Source: an uncultured Bacteroidales bacterium
GTDB lineage: Bacteria; Bacteroidota; Bacteroidia; Bacteroidales; FEN-979
Direction of reading: 5' to 3'
DNA: 64,000 bases
Assembly: GCA_903959905.1 (NCBI GenBank)
Contig: CAJBYO010000029.1
Coordinates: 169,518-233,517, forward strand
The notes under the pieces are model-generated. The model was given only the letters and a program-made list of their open reading frames with translations, did no database searches and had not been told where the DNA came from. The position numbers were made by a program, and so were the translations under genes. Below are positions 63,738 through 64,000 of this stretch, in pieces (positions within the stretch are counted from its first letter, which is position 1; every line of letters begins with the position of its first letter).

Positions 63738-64000
63738 TTACCTTTCAGGAAGCAGGATGATTTTGATAGAGTAGGTTTCCATACTTCCGGTTTTGTTGAT
63801 TCTCAGATAATATATCCCACCGGGTAATCCGTTCCTTTGAAATATAAATGAGGGCCCGTGAAAGCTGCCTTCGGCCACCACACGCCCGAGACAGTCGGCC
63901 AAACTGTAGTTTGCCTCGCTGTTTTGGAAGTTATTGGTTTGCAATGTTATCAATGCTTTTTCTTCCACAGGGTTGGGGGCAACCTTTATCTTTTTCCAGC
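63738..64000 (-). CDS. 3' end of a T9SS-secreted protein (C-terminal sorting domain only; gene continues beyond the window)
   Basis: The frame is open to nt 64000. It reads ..WKKIKVAPNPVEEKALITLQ....GGIYYLRINKTGSMETYSIKII, a T9SS CTD pattern (xPNPxxxxxxI, GxYxxxI). Confidence 0.6.
   Translation of the reverse strand, partial: WKKIKVAPNPVEEKALITLQTNNFQNSEANYSLADCLGRVVAEGSFHGPSFIFQRNGLPGGIYYLRINKTGSMETYSIKIILLPER

Noticed and set aside
1-64000. Defence systems, prophage, transposase/integrase genes, tRNA genes
   Set aside because: Reading all ORFs of 60 aa or more and the spacers, I found no recombinase, nuclease/ATPase defence-type operon, phage structural gene or tRNA T-loop (GGTTCGAATCC-like) motif. 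This absence is by eye only.

Overview
This is a chromosomal segment from a Bacteroidota genome. The evidence is the T9SS translocon gene sprA, five proteins ending in T9SS C-terminal sorting domains, TAnnTTTG -7 promoter boxes and TlpA-type lipoproteins. It holds about 40 protein-coding genes, mostly housekeeping or envelope-related. Named genes are aqpZ, mntH, fumC, prfB (its programmed +1 frameshift was missed by the ORF track), recX, ruvA, sprA, gcvH, uvrC, ltaE, thiL and a scattered suf set (sufB-sufC-sufD ... sufS ... sufE). Family-level calls are a GT39 glycosyltransferase, a GH38 mannosidase, a class D beta-lactamase fusion, a DEAD-box helicase, an M16 peptidase and a PadR-PspC pair. 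I saw no rRNA, tRNA, CRISPR, transposase, integrase or recognisable defence genes. What the gene map does not explain is a family of short-period (7, 8, 9, about 11 bp) degenerate tandem arrays in at least 13 intergenic spacers. They reuse a small vocabulary of words (GTCAnnn, GTCCGCnn, AATGnAnnn, TGAGATT, GATT words, TCGCAGATTTT). They often begin at or within 0-12 nt of a stop codon, and they abut -7 promoter boxes of sufS and sufE. In four places they occur as inverted pairs (foldback-like) around inserts of about 40 to 520 bp. One insert carries an AT-rich four-helix-bundle (23S-rRNA-IVS-type) gene wedged between padR and sufE. All coordinates were phased by eye and may be off by a few nt. 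Functional calls rest on motifs I recognise, not on searches.
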